This document shows positions 17,877 through 26,596 of a DNA stretch of 63,254 nt, piece by piece. Location of the stretch: positions 1 to 63,254 of the forward strand of contig JBLIMP010000001.1 in NCBI GenBank assembly GCA_047638855.1. The letters are read 5' to 3'. Source of the stretch: Cellvibrionaceae bacterium. Its GTDB lineage: Bacteria; Chloroflexota; Anaerolineae; Promineifilales; Promineifilaceae. The position numbers and the translations under genes are program-made. The notes under the pieces are model-generated. The model searched no databases, was not told the DNA's origin, and worked only from the letters and a program-made list of their open reading frames with translations. Numbering within the stretch: the first letter of the stretch is position 1; each line of letters begins with the position of its first letter.

Positions 17877-18814
17877 GAGGATTGTCTTTCTCCTGCAACA
17901 ACTTGATCGATAAATGGATCAACGATGGGGGTGAGTAGATTGCGATAGTGAGTGAAAAGTTTTCGGCCGGTGATCCCCGGCCAATCTTTCGGCAACATGT
18001 TTAATGGTAAATTTGGGTCTTTTTGCAAAATGGGAAACAGCCGGACTGGAAGCATAAAGCGACGAACAAAGCACTCTTCTTCGAAGACGGGAGCTTTGAC
18101 GGGAGCTTTAGTAGAAGGAGCTGGCTTCGAATGGTGTCCTATCTTTTTAAATTCAGCAAGGTCACTTTCATAGAAATCGTTGAAGCGTCGATACTCATCT
18201 GCTAAAACGGGTAAGTTCCAACATTGTGCAACCAATTCTTGGGTTGAAAGTGGTCCCCAGTAATCGCCTGAAAAGATATTGACATGATCTTGAACATCAA
18301 ACGTCTTGAGCGCGGTTTCTAATTCGGCACGCCGGTTATTGGGTGAAATCCAAAGCCCTGGACCAAGCGAGCCGTATCCTAGCCAAGTGAGCTGTTTACG
18401 CAGGTCGTTGCGCCGTTTGCGCTTTTCTTCTGGGAGTGAATAGGCGACCATGTGCCAAGTTCGGTCCCAATTTTCAGTTGGGATTTCGTTGAGGCGTAAG
18501 TCGCCACCTTGCAAGATATTTTCCCCTTTTTCAGTGACAGAAAACTTGCTATTGCGCCCTTCTTTTTCAACAGTGAACCATCCTTCACGCACCATGCGGT
18601 TGATTGTTGACCGGCCGGTATGCTCGCCGATGCCCAACAGTCCTAGTAAATAGAGGAGGTCGGCCATCCTGATCGAATTGTCTCTGTGCCGAATATAGTC
18701 GCCAAACAAAACCAGCATGAAAAACTTTGAATTGTGCTTGTGGTTCAGCATTTCAAATGTTGTGCTGGAGAAGGGGGTAGCCGGTTGATTCATGTTTATG
18801 TAATGCAAAATCAA
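17873..18814 (-). CDS. paaX: PaaX-family transcriptional repressor
   Basis: Winged-helix N-terminal region (LFGDYIRH...STINRMVREGW...) and a PaaX C-terminal domain. An alternative start is at 18793. Confidence 0.75.
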   Translation of the reverse strand: MILHYINMNQPATPFSSTTFEMLNHKHNSKFFMLVLFGDYIRHRDNSIRMADLLYLLGLLGIGEHTGRSTINRMVREGWFTVEKEGRNSKFSVTEKGENILQGGDLRLNEIPTENWDRTWHMVAYSLPEEKRKRRNDLRKQLTWLGYGSLGPGLWISPNNRRAELETALKTFDVQDHVNIFSGDYWGPLSTQELVAQCWNLPVLADEYRRFNDFYESDLAEFKKIGHHSKPAPSTKAPVKAPVFEEECFVRRFMLPVRLFPILQKDPNLPLNMLPKDWPGITGRKLFTHYRNLLTPIVDPFIDQVVAGERQSS

Positions 18815-19054
18815 AACGGTAGACGTAAAAATGCATTAAAAGAATTGTACGGTAATTCAATTAGGATGCAAGACAAAAGGAAAAAAGTATTTAGCAAGAA
18901 TTATTCGCATAGTAAAATTGGTGTAGATAATAACTTGGATGAAATTTAGACGATTATGTTGAAAATCTTTTTCAAATAGAAAAAGGGTAAACTGGAAGAC
19001 GGTATTTGATATGAGTACAACTTGGAAAACAAATTTAACTGCAAAAAATGGTGA

Positions 19055-19663
19055 TTGATGACAATAAAAGTTATTGGTACAGGACTGGGAAGAACCGGAA
19101 CTGCTTCTTTGAAACAGGCTTTAGAAACGTTGTTGGGTGGTACATGTCACCATATGTTTGAGGTGGATGTTGATCAAGAGGCTCAGGTTCCAGTATGGAC
19201 GGCCGCGGCAAAAGGAGAAATGCCAGATTGGCATGATTTTTTGAAAAATTTTACGGCGATTGTAGATTGGCCAGGATGTTCGTTCTGGCCCGAGATAACC
19301 GCTGCTTTCCCGGATGCGCTTGTGATCCTTTCGGTTCGTGATCTTGATAAATGGTATAACAGCGCCATCGACACGATTTTTCTGCGCGAATATCCACGAG
19401 AAGTAACTGCGTTTGACAGAATGTGGATGGGAATTATTCGAGATCGATTTTGCGCTGATTTTACGAATCGTAAAAAGATGATTGCGGCCGCTACCGCCCA
19501 TCAAAACAAAGTTATCGCATCGATTCCGGCCGAGCGCCTTCTTGTTTGGACAGTCACCGACGGGTGGGGACCGATTTGTGAACGCTTAGGACTTCCAATC
19601 CCGAATGAACCTTTCCCACGTACGAATAGTAAGAAAGAGTTTGCAGAGAGGTTTGTATCATGA
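19055..19663 (+). CDS. sulfotransferase-family protein (Sulfotransfer_4-like)
   Basis: 202 aa; the N-terminal GTGLGRTGTASL PAPS-binding-loop-like motif is typical of this small sulfotransferase family. Confidence 0.6.
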   Translation: MMTIKVIGTGLGRTGTASLKQALETLLGGTCHHMFEVDVDQEAQVPVWTAAAKGEMPDWHDFLKNFTAIVDWPGCSFWPEITAAFPDALVILSVRDLDKWYNSAIDTIFLREYPREVTAFDRMWMGIIRDRFCADFTNRKKMIAAATAHQNKVIASIPAERLLVWTVTDGWGPICERLGLPIPNEPFPRTNSKKEFAERFVS

Positions 19664-20010
19664 GTTTAGAAATCGTTTTTGAAAAAATGGCTGATATGCT
19701 GACGCATATGGAGCCTGACGCCCCTGTGAAAAATGTTGTAGCGGGTGATCCGCAAACAATGTTTAACGAATTGGTGAAAGGAGATGGGTTTGAAAGTGGC
19801 GTTTGGTCATGTTCGGCCGGGGCTTTTGAAATTACTTCCTATTCGATCAATGAGGTGATGCTACTGCTTGAAGGGCGCATGGATTTAACCGACACTACAG
19901 GCAAATCTGTTCAACTCAGCAAGGGCGACATGTTTTACATTCCGAAAGGTTGGTCTGGCACGTGGACTGTACATGAAGATATGCAGAAGATGTACGTAAT
20001 TATGTATTAG
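19660..20010 (+). CDS. cupin-domain protein (DUF861/cupin_3-like)
   Basis: 116 aa with a C-terminal beta-barrel pattern (GDMFYIPKGWSGTW...). It overlaps the upstream gene by 4 nt. Confidence 0.6.
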   Translation: MSLEIVFEKMADMLTHMEPDAPVKNVVAGDPQTMFNELVKGDGFESGVWSCSAGAFEITSYSINEVMLLLEGRMDLTDTTGKSVQLSKGDMFYIPKGWSGTWTVHEDMQKMYVIMY

Positions 20011-20200
20011 GTGATCTGAAGGACTGGAATATCCAAATTAAATTCTTGAGCTAGGTAGCTATTAGATGATTTTAGCGTGTGACTTAGGACTCGGGATACA
20101 ATCTTAAATGCAGGTATTAGTGATGGGTGAGACGCCTTGGATAAATTTGCGGGCCATCAAGTTTTATGCGCATCACACATTTTTTAGGTAGCATAGAGCA

Positions 20201-21721
20201 ATGTATCCAACAATTGAATCCATTCAACAGGCGGTTAAACCCCATGATCAATATCAAGTTGAAATCAAGCTTGATTATGAGCTTTTAGAAGGTCGTCAAA
20301 CACGTTACACGGTTGAGACCTATATTTTTGCACCACACACATTGGGGGTTTCGGCCCAAACATATAGCAAAAACAACTTTTACCGGGATGTCCAAAATTA
20401 CATACGTCTAAAAACACCGTCTATGTTGTTGCGAGACTTTACCGAAAGCCAAACCTCTCCTTTGTTTACAATCAATGAGCTTATCAGCCAGCCAGACTGG
20501 ATTCAAAACCATGATGTCTTACGGCAGCTTAGCACACATTTTAAACTATTGGCAGCTATGCTAAACAGCGCTATCCGTGAGCACCTAGTCCATACTAAAT
20601 CTCGTATCGAAGAAGTTGGACCAAACGCTAAGATCCACCTTGTTGTTGATAATCTTGTCGAAGAGTTCTTGACAGAAACCTCTACAATCAGCGGCCGGTT
20701 CCGCGAGATGTTTTCAACTTTCAACTTGCCACATGTGCCAGAATCGGTGCTTAATGGTTATCAACTTACTGACGAGTCTATCAGCATTTTAGTTGAAGAA
20801 GGGCTGATAGATTTGTTTCAAATCGTCGACAATTACTCAAAGAAAAGCAATCGGCCGGATTTTCGTATGCGCATCTCTGCTCGGGTTAACCTAGAAACCA
20901 AACACAGGGTGTGGCACGGTTATCCTTCGCTTTTAAATACGCTGAACGAAAACGAGGATTATCTTTACCGTGCATCGGTTTTGAAAAAGCATGCGGCCAG
21001 CGTTTTGTTTTTAAGCGCCGACATTTCGAAAGATGGCCAAAGGCTAACCCAACTGGGGAATGCAGTTGCGGCCGGGGTTGCCATGATTTTTGCTACATTG
21101 GTCGCCTTTTATTTTCAGTCAAAGTTCGACAACTTTACTTTTCCAGTTTTTGCTGCACTTGTCGTTGGCTATATGTTTAAAGATCGGATTAAAGAGATTG
21201 TTCGAGAGATCTTCTCTCAGCGACTTCAGATATTTTTACATGATCGACGCATCGTCATTCATACCCAAGATGGGGTCAAGCTGGGGTATCTAAAAGAAAA
21301 AGTAGACTTTATCTATGAAAGCCAGGTGCCTCGTTCCGTGTTGAAAACCCGTAACCGCGATCAGTTTAGCAGGCTAGACAATGACGGCCGGGAAGAAAAT
21401 ATTATCCGGCATTCAAAAGAGATTGTGTTGTACACCGGCGCCTTTAATCGTATCTTTGGCAATATGATTCAAATCACCGGAATTAACGATATTCTGCGTT
21501 ACGACATCCGTGCCTATTTAAACAAAATGGCGGAACCGATCCAAGAGAGACATTACATTGAAAACGAAGAACTTCACTCTGTTCTCTGTCACAAAGTTTA
21601 TCATTTAAACATCGTCTCTCGTTACCGGACGGTTCACCCACAAAAAGCTAAAATTCACAGGTGTTTTCGACTCGTACTAGACCGTGCTGGGATCAAGCGT
21701 ATGGAGTTGATTCCAGAATAA
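20201..21721 (+). CDS. uncharacterised 506-aa protein with two central transmembrane helices
   Basis: Long ORF flanked by 190-nt and 93-nt intergenic regions. Hydrophobic segments are AVAAGVAMIFATLVAFYF and FPVFAALVVGYMF. I see no recognisable family motif. Confidence 0.6.
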   Translation: MYPTIESIQQAVKPHDQYQVEIKLDYELLEGRQTRYTVETYIFAPHTLGVSAQTYSKNNFYRDVQNYIRLKTPSMLLRDFTESQTSPLFTINELISQPDWIQNHDVLRQLSTHFKLLAAMLNSAIREHLVHTKSRIEEVGPNAKIHLVVDNLVEEFLTETSTISGRFREMFSTFNLPHVPESVLNGYQLTDESISILVEEGLIDLFQIVDNYSKKSNRPDFRMRISARVNLETKHRVWHGYPSLLNTLNENEDYLYRASVLKKHAASVLFLSADISKDGQRLTQLGNAVAAGVAMIFATLVAFYFQSKFDNFTFPVFAALVVGYMFKDRIKEIVREIFSQRLQIFLHDRRIVIHTQDGVKLGYLKEKVDFIYESQVPRSVLKTRNRDQFSRLDNDGREENIIRHSKEIVLYTGAFNRIFGNMIQITGINDILRYDIRAYLNKMAEPIQERHYIENEELHSVLCHKVYHLNIVSRYRTVHPQKAKIHRCFRLVLDRAGIKRMELIPE

Positions 21722-21814
21722 GTATGCTTTTACGCTGGCTCCGGTTATTGTCAGTAGGGTATCCTCCTATGCCAAAACTAATTTAGGAGAAAGACACCAA
21801 AACAGGAAAACATA

Positions 21815-22486
21815 ATGCTAAATATTGGACACCGTGGGGCGATGGGTCATGCGCCTGAAAATACACTTGAATCGATTCAAATTGCACTCGATATGGGGGT
21901 TGATTGGATGGAAATCGATGTTTACTTCATAGAAGGAGAGCTGGTTGTTATTCATGACGATGATCTTGACCGCACAACAAACGGTACCGGCGCTGTCATA
22001 GATCAAACGCTTGCCCATCTGCGTTCGCTTGATGCCGGTAATGGGCAACAAATCCCACTTTTAAGTGAGGTGGTTGGGCTGATCGCCGGCCGAGTTGGGT
22101 TAAATATTGAACTGAAGGGACCTGGTACGGCTGGGCCAGTGATTGAATATTTAGAGAACCATTTATCTGATGAATGGAAAACAGATCAAATTTTGCTGTC
22201 GGCTTTTGATCACCAAGAATTAGCTGACGCCAAAGCCATCAACCCAAAATACAAAAGAGCGCCGCTCTATTGGCAAGGCGAGATTGATTACGATTTTGTT
22301 GTCAATGAATTGGAAGCGGTCAGTATCAACCCATCCTTGCGTATGGTGACCAAAGAGATGGTAGATGAGGCACATGGCCATGGGCTGTCTGTTTTTGTTT
22401 ACACGGTCAATGAATCGGCCGACATTGAACGCATGCGCAAGATCGGAGTTGACGGGATTTTTACTAATTATCCAGATCGTGTATAG
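21815..22486 (+). CDS. glycerophosphodiester phosphodiesterase
   Basis: N-terminal GHRGAMGHAPENT...MEIDV GDPD catalytic motif; 223 aa. Confidence 0.85.
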   Translation: MLNIGHRGAMGHAPENTLESIQIALDMGVDWMEIDVYFIEGELVVIHDDDLDRTTNGTGAVIDQTLAHLRSLDAGNGQQIPLLSEVVGLIAGRVGLNIELKGPGTAGPVIEYLENHLSDEWKTDQILLSAFDHQELADAKAINPKYKRAPLYWQGEIDYDFVVNELEAVSINPSLRMVTKEMVDEAHGHGLSVFVYTVNESADIERMRKIGVDGIFTNYPDRV

Positions 22487-22541
22487 GTGTAAAATGAAAA
22501 ACGAGAACCGGTATGAAAAAGAGTCCTACTTCGCTAGCCAC

Positions 22542-23456
22542 ATGCGTATTAAATCACTTTTTGGTTCTATGACTCTTTTGATCGCTTTGGTCGTTGTCGG
22601 CTGTTCGCCACCACCTGCATCTGAGCCACAGTCTGATTCTAATTCTGATGACGTTGTTATCTTGGGTGAATCATCTGACCCAAATACAGGTTTAAACAGT
22701 ATTTCTGAGCTTCAGATTGTCATTCCTGCCAACGATTTCCAAATCGGCCAACCCCGTATCCCATTTATTATCATGGACGGGGGCACTATGACGGGTGAGG
22801 TTGAGCAAGTATTCTTGACTGTTTTTGACCTAAGTCAAGAATCGCCTGCGGTTGTTTGGGAAGGGTCTGGAATAAATTATTCTGACTATACAGTTCCCTA
22901 TTGGATCTTTTACCCACAAATTGATACGGCCGGAACGTATGGTGTGCGGGCCAAGATGCTTCGTCAAAATGGGGAATCAACAGAAGCTCAGTTTGCTATC
23001 GAGGTGCTTGAAAAAGCGATTGCCCCGGCCGTTGGCGATGCTGGTTTCCCGAGTCAAAGCCGTACGGCAACTGATGCCGAAACGCTTAAAACAATCTCGT
23101 CAGATTTTGAGCCTGACCCAGAGTTATATACCCTATCCGTGGCCGATGCTTTGAGCAACGGTCGGCCGACCGTTATTTCGTTCAGCACCCCCGCCTATTG
23201 CCAAACCGCCATATGCGCCCCTGTGCTTGAATCGGTCAAACAAGTCAAAGCGCAAAATAACAACGCTGTAAACTTTCTGCATGTTGATATTTTTGCAGAC
23301 TTTGAAACCTTTGCGGTCGATCAGACAATCACCGAGTGGAACTTGCAAAGCGAGCCTTGGACATATGTGCTCGACAGCAGCGGAATCATCACAGCCAGAC
23401 TAGCTGGTCCTGTGTCCCCCTCTGAGTTAGCCAGTCATTTGGAAAGCACTCAATAA
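22542..23456 (+). CDS. thioredoxin-fold lipoprotein with a CxxxxC motif
   Basis: I chose the start at MRIKSLFGSMTLLIALVVVGCS (signal peptide plus lipobox). The tracked ORF start at 22365 overlaps the GDPD gene. The C-terminal part has the redoxin-like motif FSTPAYCQTAICAP. Confidence 0.55.
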   Translation: MRIKSLFGSMTLLIALVVVGCSPPPASEPQSDSNSDDVVILGESSDPNTGLNSISELQIVIPANDFQIGQPRIPFIIMDGGTMTGEVEQVFLTVFDLSQESPAVVWEGSGINYSDYTVPYWIFYPQIDTAGTYGVRAKMLRQNGESTEAQFAIEVLEKAIAPAVGDAGFPSQSRTATDAETLKTISSDFEPDPELYTLSVADALSNGRPTVISFSTPAYCQTAICAPVLESVKQVKAQNNNAVNFLHVDIFADFETFAVDQTITEWNLQSEPWTYVLDSSGIITARLAGPVSPSELASHLESTQ

Positions 23457-23616
23457 TAGAATTGCTGTGCTTATTTTTTTTTTGGTACCTTTGTAGCAGC
23501 CGTAGAAAAAAGCTGCAGAAACTGAAACGATTGGTTTACTCCCGTAGGGTAACGGTTTGCTGAACGATGGGAACCACTATTGGCAACCGATTTTTCGCTC
23601 TGCTACACTTCAAAAC

Positions 23617-24936
23617 ATGAATCAGGGAACAGGAAAAACAGTTAAAACGATTATTATCACAAGTGCTATCGCCATTGTGCTCGCCGCCATTGCGGGCGCA
23701 ATTATCTGGCGCGTTTATCAGGGAGACAGCACGCTTTTACGCAATGTGGTTGTCAGCAGTCAACGCATGACCCCAAACGCAGACGGCGACACCGATCTTA
23801 TCCAGCTCAGTTACGATGTTTCACGCAACGCCACCGTTTCGATTTGGTTCGAAAATACGGCCGGAGACAAATTCTGGTTTCGGCGTGACCGGCCGCGTGG
23901 CGTAGGTGAATATCAGGTTTTGTTTAGCGGGGTTGTTGAAGGCTATCGATTGCCCGACGAAATTATACAAGGTGCAATCGAAGCACGATTATTGCAAGAT
24001 GGAAACTATTCATGGGTGATTGAAGCCATAGATATAAAGGGTGTTCGTGAAGAAGCTCGTGGGCCGCTGGCCGTGGTAGATGCTGACTCTGCATTGCCCG
24101 AAATGCGTGATTTTAGCCTAGATAAAGACACCTTTACCCCCAATCGTGATGGCATCAATGACCGTGTTTTAATTCAGTATAACCTCCAAAAAGACGCCAA
24201 TGTGCGGGTTATGCTTGTTTTGCCCGGTGGCGGTGAGTTGCCTTTGTTCGAGAAAGAGCGTGATGTGCCAGCGGGTATGCCCGGCCGCCATTATTATGAT
24301 TATGAAGGTGGGGTTGATAATGGGGAAACACCTCCGGCCGATGGCGTTTATCAAATCGTCGCTTATGCCGAAGATGCAGAAGGGCAAAAGATGAGGGTCG
24401 AAGACGAACTAACCATCGAGCTAGGTGGCGTTCCAAGAGCTGACATTTTCGCCCCGGCCGCAGGCGACACATTCGAAGTAAGTGCAACCGCCATCAGCAT
24501 TTGCAACACACTGTTTTTTACTATGACGGTAGAAAATTATGGCGATACCCCGATCCGTACAACCGGCCCGTCAGCAGGCACCGTTTATGATTCAGATGAG
24601 AACTACAATTCGATTGGCTGGTCTACAGAATCAGGTGCGTGGCGCGTGGCAATCGGTTTCGAAAATGAACTGAGCAACTATCCATATCGCTGGGCGGTTG
24701 GAACCGAGGATGACTTGGTTGAAATTGATGGGTTTCAATACCTGATGCCAGGGGATCGGGCGCTGGTCACAGGTGGTATTCGGATTGTTGCACCCTTTGG
24801 CGAACGGAACCCTCAGCCGATTTGGGCGGGACTGATTCACGAAGATGTCGAGGTTTCTCAATTTAATAATAGGGTAGACCCGAAAGCGATTTTGATTGAT
24901 TTACCCGATCCTGAGAATATTGAACCGTGTGAATAG
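23617..24936 (+). CDS. membrane-anchored extracytoplasmic protein with two FlgD-Ig-like repeats
   Basis: I chose the start at MNQGTGK, which precedes a single TM helix. MTPNADGDTDL...ATVSIWF and FTPNRDGINDRV...ANVRVML resemble FlgD Ig-like/CHU-type modules. Confidence 0.5.
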   Translation: MNQGTGKTVKTIIITSAIAIVLAAIAGAIIWRVYQGDSTLLRNVVVSSQRMTPNADGDTDLIQLSYDVSRNATVSIWFENTAGDKFWFRRDRPRGVGEYQVLFSGVVEGYRLPDEIIQGAIEARLLQDGNYSWVIEAIDIKGVREEARGPLAVVDADSALPEMRDFSLDKDTFTPNRDGINDRVLIQYNLQKDANVRVMLVLPGGGELPLFEKERDVPAGMPGRHYYDYEGGVDNGETPPADGVYQIVAYAEDAEGQKMRVEDELTIELGGVPRADIFAPAAGDTFEVSATAISICNTLFFTMTVENYGDTPIRTTGPSAGTVYDSDENYNSIGWSTESGAWRVAIGFENELSNYPYRWAVGTEDDLVEIDGFQYLMPGDRALVTGGIRIVAPFGERNPQPIWAGLIHEDVEVSQFNNRVDPKAILIDLPDPENIEPCE

Positions 24937-25079
24937 CACCAAGTTATGATGAGCTAGGACGATCACAATAAATTCCTTGAACACAGCGGCACAGAGTATT
25001 CAACTGTTGTCTCTGAGTCTCTATGTTTTTAATTCAATATCCTTTTTGTGGCTCATTTAGAAGAAAGAGGAAATTTACA

Positions 25080-25571
25080 ATGCAAAATGTTCAACTGATT
25101 CGACGATTTTCGCTTACGGCCGTCACGATTGGTGCTTTCATGCTTTACCTCGCTTTTTTCCTGGCTAGTTTCACTACCGCATCCTCACTTGAGCCCGAAG
25201 CTCACTCTCGCTATTCCAGCAACAATGCCCTGATCGAAACTGCTGGCGGGGGAGCTGATTTCTTTAGCCCATCGGTGGTCACAATTCAAGCCGGAGAGAC
25301 GGTGACTATCACCAACAGCGGCCGGGGATATCACAATGTCGTATTTGATGACACTTTCCCCAATGGCGATATTTTGGATGGATTTGTCGCCGATTCACCA
25401 TCAACGGATGAATGGGTTAGAACGGTCACATTTGAAAAGCCTGGAACCTACTATTTTTATTGTGATCCCCATTTTGACAAGATTACAAAAGAGGGGATGG
25501 TCGGCCGCATTACGGTGGAATCCACACCCCTTAACATTTACATTTATCTCCCTCTAATCGAAAAACAGTAG
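25080..25571 (+). CDS. plastocyanin/azurin-like blue-copper (cupredoxin) protein, membrane anchored
   Basis: H...C..H....M ligand pattern (YHNV ... YYFYCDPHFDKITKEGMVG). I chose the start at MQNVQ, which has AGAGGAAA 8 nt upstream. Confidence 0.7.
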   Translation: MQNVQLIRRFSLTAVTIGAFMLYLAFFLASFTTASSLEPEAHSRYSSNNALIETAGGGADFFSPSVVTIQAGETVTITNSGRGYHNVVFDDTFPNGDILDGFVADSPSTDEWVRTVTFEKPGTYYFYCDPHFDKITKEGMVGRITVESTPLNIYIYLPLIEKQ

Positions 25572-25609
25572 TATGATCCAGGAATAAAGACAAAATATTT
25601 GGAGGAAAG

Positions 25610-26407
25610 ATGGATCTTGGATTAAAAGGTAAGGTAGCCTTGGTAACGGCCGCCAGTAAAGGGCTAGGCTATGCCACGGCCGAACAGCTGTTGAATGAGG
25701 GGGCTAGCGTGATGATTTGCAGCCGTAGCGAAGAGGGCCTTGCAAACGCTGTCGCCAAACTAAAAGAAAAATGCGGAGCCGATGCTCCGATCCAATCAAT
25801 CGCTTGTGATGTGATGGCTGAATCGGCCGCTCAGACATTGGTTGATGCAACCGTTTCGGCGTTCGGTGGCTTAGACATTTTGGTTACCAATGCGGGCGGC
25901 CCTCCGGCCGGTACATTTGATAGCACTGGGATATCCCTATGGCAATCCGCCTTCGACTTAACCGTTATGAGTGCCGTGCGCCTCGTCAAGGCGGCCGAAC
26001 CCTATCTTAAAGCCAGCGACTCAGGATCAATTTTGACCGTTACCAGCGTTTCAGTTAAGTTCCCAGTCGCCAATCTTATGCTCAGCAACGTGATTCGTCC
26101 GGCCGTAATCGGTCTGACCAAAGCGTTGGCCCAAGAGTATGGTCCCGATGGCGTACGCGCCAACTCGATTTTGCCTGGCTACACCCGTACCGACCGCATT
26201 GAGTACCTGCTTACTCAGTGGGCTGACGAACGAGGGACCACACCTGACGAAGAAGCTGCGAAACTTGGGGCAAATGTCCCACTCCGGCGCATCGGCACGG
26301 CCGAAGAATTTGGCAAAGTTGCCTGTTTCCTTTGCTCACCGGCCGCAAGCTATATGACCGGTGAAATGGTTCTTGTCGACGGCGGTGCATATCCGGGATT
26401 GATGTAG
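25610..26407 (+). CDS. SDR-family oxidoreductase (FabG-like)
   Basis: VTAASKGLG cofactor motif and NAGG motif; 265 aa. Confidence 0.85.
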   Translation: MDLGLKGKVALVTAASKGLGYATAEQLLNEGASVMICSRSEEGLANAVAKLKEKCGADAPIQSIACDVMAESAAQTLVDATVSAFGGLDILVTNAGGPPAGTFDSTGISLWQSAFDLTVMSAVRLVKAAEPYLKASDSGSILTVTSVSVKFPVANLMLSNVIRPAVIGLTKALAQEYGPDGVRANSILPGYTRTDRIEYLLTQWADERGTTPDEEAAKLGANVPLRRIGTAEEFGKVACFLCSPAASYMTGEMVLVDGGAYPGLM

Positions 26408-26596
26408 AAGTTTGCTGGAACCAAATGCTACCGGTCGAAGTTGGCTAAAAGATAACCAATAGAATATGGGAATTTGTCAGAAAGAACTCTTTCAATCTGG
26501 CTTATTCTCGAAACAATAATCACAACTGAAGAAAAGTTCATCAAAAAGACACGACGATATGTAACTTGCATCTTGCAACTTACATCTTTTTAAACT

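Noticed and set aside
18815-19054. Classical PaaX operator (TGATTC-N-GAATCA half-sites, from memory) in the paaX upstream region.
   Set aside because: I did not find the half-sites in the 240-nt AT-rich divergent promoter region, so no operator call is made there.
22365-22541. N-terminal extensions of tracked ORFs that overlap upstream genes: 22365 start of the lipoprotein gene, 13706 start of the flavoprotein, 34454 start of the DHDPS-like gene, 36725 start of the dehydrogenase, 23557 and 25023.
   Set aside because: Internal Met codons give canonical N-termini (signal peptide/lipobox, Rossmann motif close to the N-terminus, Shine-Dalgarno-like sequences) and remove overlaps of 23-122 nt with upstream genes (13706, 22365, 34454) or upstream extensions with no family motif (23557, 25023, 36725). 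The true starts still need experimental or comparative confirmation.
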